From: Eledone cirrhosa
Lineage: Eukaryota
DNA: 64,000 bases
Direction of reading: 5' to 3'
NCBI GenBank assembly: GCA_964016885.1
Contig: OZ024743.1
Location: forward strand, 319,920,001-319,984,000
In this document: positions 58,654 to 64,000 of the stretch, in pieces
Numbering within the stretch: the stretch's first letter is position 1
Layout of the letters: each line of letters opens with the position of its first letter
The notes under the pieces: generated by a model
Databases searched by the model: none
What the model was told of the DNA's origin: nothing
What the model saw: only the letters and a program-made list of their open reading frames with translations
Made by a program: the position numbers and the translations under genes

Positions 58654-58874
58654 ACACGTCTGTATTTTAGAGGGACCATGCCACCAAAAACCTTGTCAGA
58701 ACAATGGAAGTTGTCATCCGTTTCTTTTGGGATATAGGTGCGTATGTAAAGACGGTTTCAGCGGAAAGAATTGCCAAACAAGTAAGTCACACTGTAAATG
58801 TAAACAAAATAAAAGTAATTTACAATAAACATTTGTATAATTTCAAAATTACATATATATTATATGAAAGCGTA

Positions 58875-58875
<1 letters not shown>

Positions 58876-58921
<46 letters not shown>

Positions 58922-59045
58922 TTCTTATTTTATTTTTATATTTTGTTATTGCCTCCTCCTTATTGAGGACGCCTTTTTGTGTAAACTCCCCCCTTTGTAC
59001 TTGTCCCACTTTTGATGCCCTAGTGGCAAATAAAAGAAACATATC

Positions 59046-59118
<73 letters not shown>

Positions 59119-59418
59119 CTCTATCTATCTATCTATCTCTATCTTCTCTGTATATAAACCTGTAGGTTGAGGAAGATAAACAGAGGGAAGACGGGAACAC
59201 CTACAAAACGTGTTCCTGGTGTTGGAGGTTGTTCTATACACGGGGTGTAAAACAACCCCGCAGGAACGTTCCCCCATTTGGGGATTTCGATTGTTTTATT
59301 TTATATATAGTCTATTGTTATTCATCATTGTTAAAGATTTTATGTAAAACCCCCGCCGTCACTTCTTGTAATGTCCCATTTTTGTACGCCCTTATGGCAA
59401 ATAAAGAAAGATATCTAT
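58876..59418 (+). mobile_element. Mini-array of two Tx1 3' fragments (I 58922-59041, J 59142-59412) separated and preceded by (TATC)n
   Basis: I resembles the copy B UTR. J resembles copy F (tatataaacctgtaggttgagg...). (TATC)n at 58876-58921 and 59042-59141. Confidence 0.88.
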
Positions 59419-59659
59419 ACATACATATATATATATAAATATATCTTTTTCTCCCTATATATATATATAGAGAGAGAGAGATTTAGCGTTACCAATGTAG
59501 ACTAGTATGACCATATTCAGCTAAGCACTCGATACTTGGGAAAGTAGAGTGTATGTATTGTAAATAGATAGTGTCCGGCATGGTACTAGCTAGCGCCGAC
59601 GTAATATACATAATATACGAAGGAGGGGACGTAAAACGTATAAAAATGATATCGTATAA

Positions 59660-59840
59660 TAATTGTTTCTACTTTTGGCACAATACCAACAATTATCCCA
59701 GTGCATTACTGGTACTTTATTTTATCGACCCCGCAAGGATGAAAGGCAAAGTTAACCTCGGCGGGATTTGAACTTAGACCGTAAAGGGACGTAACTCTAT
59801 GCTGGAAAGCATGGCGTCATACCCTCTACCGATACTGCCA
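59660..59840 (-). mobile_element. tRNA-derived SINE
   Basis: Reverse complement of the 27174 family: aattgtttctacttttggcacaa...actggtactttattttatcgacccc...ggatttgaact. Confidence 0.87.
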
Positions 59841-60858
59841 AAATAATAAATGATAATTACAACTCTTGAAATTAAGGGATAAGTATTCTATTAGTCACTT
59901 TTCTTACTTAGATTTATAAATATTATTGGTAGAACAAATATAAATAGTGTTGTAATAGCTAGACTTGCAATACTGTTCACAGTGAGCTTTCGAGTGTGTA
60001 TGTTAATTATAGTTGCTATTAAATATTAACAACGTTTAGAAGAAAGGTAAAAACAAGCTGTTGATATGGGGAAGCGGTTAACCTGCAGATGAAACTATTC
60101 CGAAGTTGCTGCTGCTGCAAATCTGCACCAGATGGACCAAACCATAACATCTTTTTTGGCAGTGGAGATCGAAACCATACATTTTATTTATTTATTTAAT
60201 TTTTTTAAATTTTATTATTATGATATTTACATGCTGAGGTGGGATCCCAGCTAACTTTAGTTTGTCAGCCAGAGATGGACGACAGATTAAGTTAGACCCG
60301 ATCAGCACAAGATATTTTTGAGAACAGAGAGCATTCTTCAAAGGCATTATCTAACGAACTGCCGTAATGCTCATATAACTAGCCAAACTGAACGACATGT
60401 ACTGGTTTGTTAAGAGGTCCAACGTCTACTTGTCTAGAAGAAATATGAATGTATTTGAACTAACAAGAGAGATGCATCACCAGCAAGAAAGCAGCCGAAA
60501 TTCAAAGCAGGAGAGATTTCAAGAGATACAAATCTATTGCTTCAGTGGGGAAAGAAACAATTAAATGGAGCTTGAAGTAATTCTACAGTACACTGAAGAC
60601 CTTTTATGCTCACCAGTTCTCCGCACATCCGTCTCTCTCTCTCTCTCTCACTCTCACTCTCTCTCTCCCTCTCTCTCTCTCCCGTATTTTAATTCATTTA
60701 CTCGACAATTATTTAGATGACCCATTTCGAATTATAGCATATAAATACGCTTACATATCATTTCCAATATAATTCGAGAAGCATGGTCCATATATTTTAT
60801 AACACACAGACACACACACACATAGATACACACACATACACACATACACACGGACAGA

Positions 60859-60938
<80 letters not shown>

Positions 60939-61301
60939 AATATATATATATATATATATTTATTAGAAAAGGGAAGTAAGGTTCTATACAAAACAGTTGA
61001 TATAGAGAAAAGGTTAAGTTGGAAATAGCACGGGAGATATATTTAAGGGTCTGTTTTTCACTTTTGATTCGTCAAAGTGACATTATTGAAAAGATAATGT
61101 TATTAAAAAATGAGAGGGACAATTCTTTTTAAAACAATTGTTTATGATGTATATAAAGTATATGAAGAATTACCGGTTTCGATGTGTTATTAAAATCCAT
61201 CTTATCAAATGTTGAGTGTAAAAAATTAAAAAGAATTGATAGGAGTTAAAAACGAAAGGTTTAAAATTAAAATCAAAATCAAATGTTTGTATATATATAT
61301 A

Positions 61302-63241
61302 CTAGCTGACGTACCCAGCTTCGCCCGGGTAAAAAGATGATAAGAGAAGACAGGTAAAAGAGAAAATGACTGTATTAGATGTTTGTCTGGTTACAGTATG
61401 AGGCGAGTCCGTGGTGTCTGTGTGATACAGAAAACAGTAAAACAAATTCTTCCAGATATACCACATTCTTCGTTGTACCGTTTGTGCATAGTATATGAAC
61501 AATTCTAGGTGCTCCCACCTAGAATAGTGGTCTCTAGGAGATGGTTCATCTTCTGCCTGACTGTAAAACGTGTATCATTGCATAGACGTGGCTGTTCCAC
61601 GTTTCTCAAAAGGATGATGAAAGTTCCAATATTTTATATTATATGTAGATATATATATATAGATAATTAATATAAAAGATGATGCTCAGCCAGTTCGTCT
61701 TCAACCATAGCAGCACGCTGTCGCTGCTTGGCTCCAATGTTTCGTTGGCGTTGTTCAGCCAGCTCCTCTTCATTCATGGCGGCACGTCTTCGCCTCTGAA
61801 GTTCGGCGTTCCGATGGCGCTGTTCGGCCCGTTTTTCTTCATTCCTGGTGGCACGCCGTCGCCGCTGTAGTTCATTGTTTGATAAAGTCGAATTGCTTTT
61901 ATTATCAGTATTCATTTCGACTAATTGTCAAAAAATGACACAATAATAAATATAAAAGATGTCCGTCAATGTAAAAAAAAGGTCCCTATTTACTCCCTTC
62001 ACATCTCTGTGTATGTTAGACTGACAGACAAGCACACAGACAGATGAACTGCGTGGCGATTTTGGAACGCCCCACGTACACATACATACACGCATGGAAA
62101 CGCGCAAACGCACGCAAACTTACACACGCACCCGTGCACTTACACGCTCACACATGTTGATAGTTTTTACTTTCTGTGGAACGCTGCACGAACGCACACA
62201 CACATAAACATACGCGCACGTACATACCCACGCACACATGGTAATAGTTACAGCGTTCGCTTTGCCTCTCTGTTTCTTACTCCCCCTCTCCCTCCCTCAT
62301 TGGCATTATGCGTATTAATTTAAGTTTGGCGTCGTTGAGGTGAGCGGAGTCGTTTGAAACCTATGAACCAATGATAATCGAGAATTATGACACACGGAAT
62401 ACTGACGTTGTTCAAATTAATATATACTAGCTGACGTACCCAGCTTCGCCCGGGTAAACAGATGATAAGAGAAGACAGGTAAAAGAGAAAATGACTGTAT
62501 TGGATGTTTGTCTCGTTACAGTATGAGGCGAGTCCGTGGTGTCTGTGTGATACAAAAAACAGTAAAATAATCTTCCAGGTATACCAGATTCTTCGTTGTA
62601 CCATTTGTGCATAGTATATGAACAATTCTAGGTGCTCCCACCTAGAATAGTGACGTCTAGGAGATGGTTCATCTTCTGCCTGACTGTAAAACGTGTATCA
62701 TTGCATAGACGTGGTTGTTCCACGTTTCACAAAAGGATGATGGAAGTTCCAATCTTTTATATTATATGTAGATATAGATAAATAATATAAAAGATGATGC
62801 TCAGCCAGTTCGTCTTCAACCATCGCAGCACGCCGTCGCTGCTTGGATCCAGTGTTTCGTTGGAGATGTGCATGGTGGCACGTCTTCGCCTCTGAAGTTC
62901 GGCGTTCCGATGGCGCTGTTCGGCCCGTTTTTCTTCATTCCTGCACGCCGTCGCCGCTGTAGTTCACTGTTTGATAAAGTCGATTTGCTTTTACTTTCTG
63001 TGGAACGTTGCACGCACGCTCACACACATAAACATACGTGCACGTAAATACACACGCACACATGGTAATAGTTACAGCGTTCACTTTGCCTCTCTGTTTC
63101 TTACTCTCCCCTCTCACTCCATAATTGGCATTATGCATATTAATTTAAGTTTGGCGTCGTTGAAGTGGGCGGAGTCGTTTGAAATCTATGAATCAATGAT
63201 AATCGAGAATTATGACACACGGAATAATGACATTGTTGAAA

Positions 63242-63250
<9 letters not shown>
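61302..63250 (-). mobile_element. Two tandem non-autonomous Helitron copies (61302-62426, 62427-~63250)
   Basis: Each minus-strand 3' end is a GC hairpin ccgggcgaagctgg followed by CTAG then T. The internal R/E/Q-rich repeats (LQRRRRAAMNEEELAEQRQRN) resemble Helitron Rep-Hel N-termini. The two copies are highly similar. Confidence 0.8.
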
Positions 63251-63340
<90 letters not shown>

Positions 63341-63791
63341 CTGTGTGGAATGAAAGTCCAATCAAATTAGTGGACTGGTACCAATAGACTAAACGAACCT
63401 TAAATATTATGTCACAGCATGACTGCAGCCTCCTGACTGCTACCAGCGAAGAAATACAAATATATACACTTATTTTAGATGTTGCTCAAATGTTTTTCTT
63501 TTAAACTTTCAATAAACATTTACATTTTCTAAATGTAGACATTTTGAAATATTTAAAAAGTGAAAACATCATATTTCAAATGTATTTCCTCTTAGTTTTA
63601 TTCGTTTTTGTTGTTGTTGCTGTTGGTATACTATTTAATGACACTCGTATGAAAATATATAGCTTCTCTTATGAACTTTTGTATCATAGTTGATTTAAAG
63701 TTAGTTTTTGTTTTTGAAAACTTTACCATTGGTTACATTTCAATCATTTCAATCATATATTGATTATGTTTCTCTACTTTTATGGGGACAG

Positions 63792-63812
63792 GCAAACAAC
63801 CTCCAACGAAAT
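63792..63812 (+). CDS. Putative 21-nt micro-exon (CKQPPTK) continuing the 49-kb gene
   Basis: Acceptor ...tttctctacttttatggggacag, donor T|gtaagt, phase 1-1. In frame with exon 49342-49386 (T|GC = Cys). Confidence 0.45.
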
Positions 63813-63889
63813 GTAAGTTAACTGATTTTTTATCACTCTCTTACTCTCTCGCTTATCTATCAATCTATTCGTCTATGAATCTCTCTCTC

Positions 63890-63949
<60 letters not shown>

Positions 63950-63954
63950 TCTCC

Positions 63955-63989
<35 letters not shown>

Positions 63990-64000
63990 CACACACATAC

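Overview
This is a eukaryotic, AT-rich, microsatellite-dense window made almost entirely of decayed transposable elements. The tRNA-derived SINE families suggest a cephalopod, probably an octopod (inference from recall, not a search). The dominant feature is a 14-kb head-to-tail array of four Tx1/L1-clade non-LTR retrotransposons (9.1-23.1 kb), each joined to the next through a (TATC)n tract. The same arrangement recurs at 38.6-40.8 kb (minus strand) and 58.9-59.4 kb, which points to a (GATA)n/(TATC)n-targeting, self-stacking LINE family. A diverged relative (26.2-28.8 kb) uses (ATT)n instead, and its 3' end resembles the 3' end of the commonest SINE here, a candidate SINE-Tx1 partnership. Also present are many Penelope-like elements (Neptune- and Naiad-type) with direct or inverted pseudo-LTRs and about ten hammerhead-ribozyme motifs, including core variants. 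Other elements are RTE and CRE LINE fragments, a Tc1/mariner-type MITE and a tandem non-autonomous Helitron. Host coding sequence is scarce: one PAN/apple-like exon (25.7 kb) and three small exons that splice into a signal peptide plus CxxPP motif (49.0, 49.3 and 63.8 kb). All calls were made by eye, and boundaries of degenerate elements are approximate.
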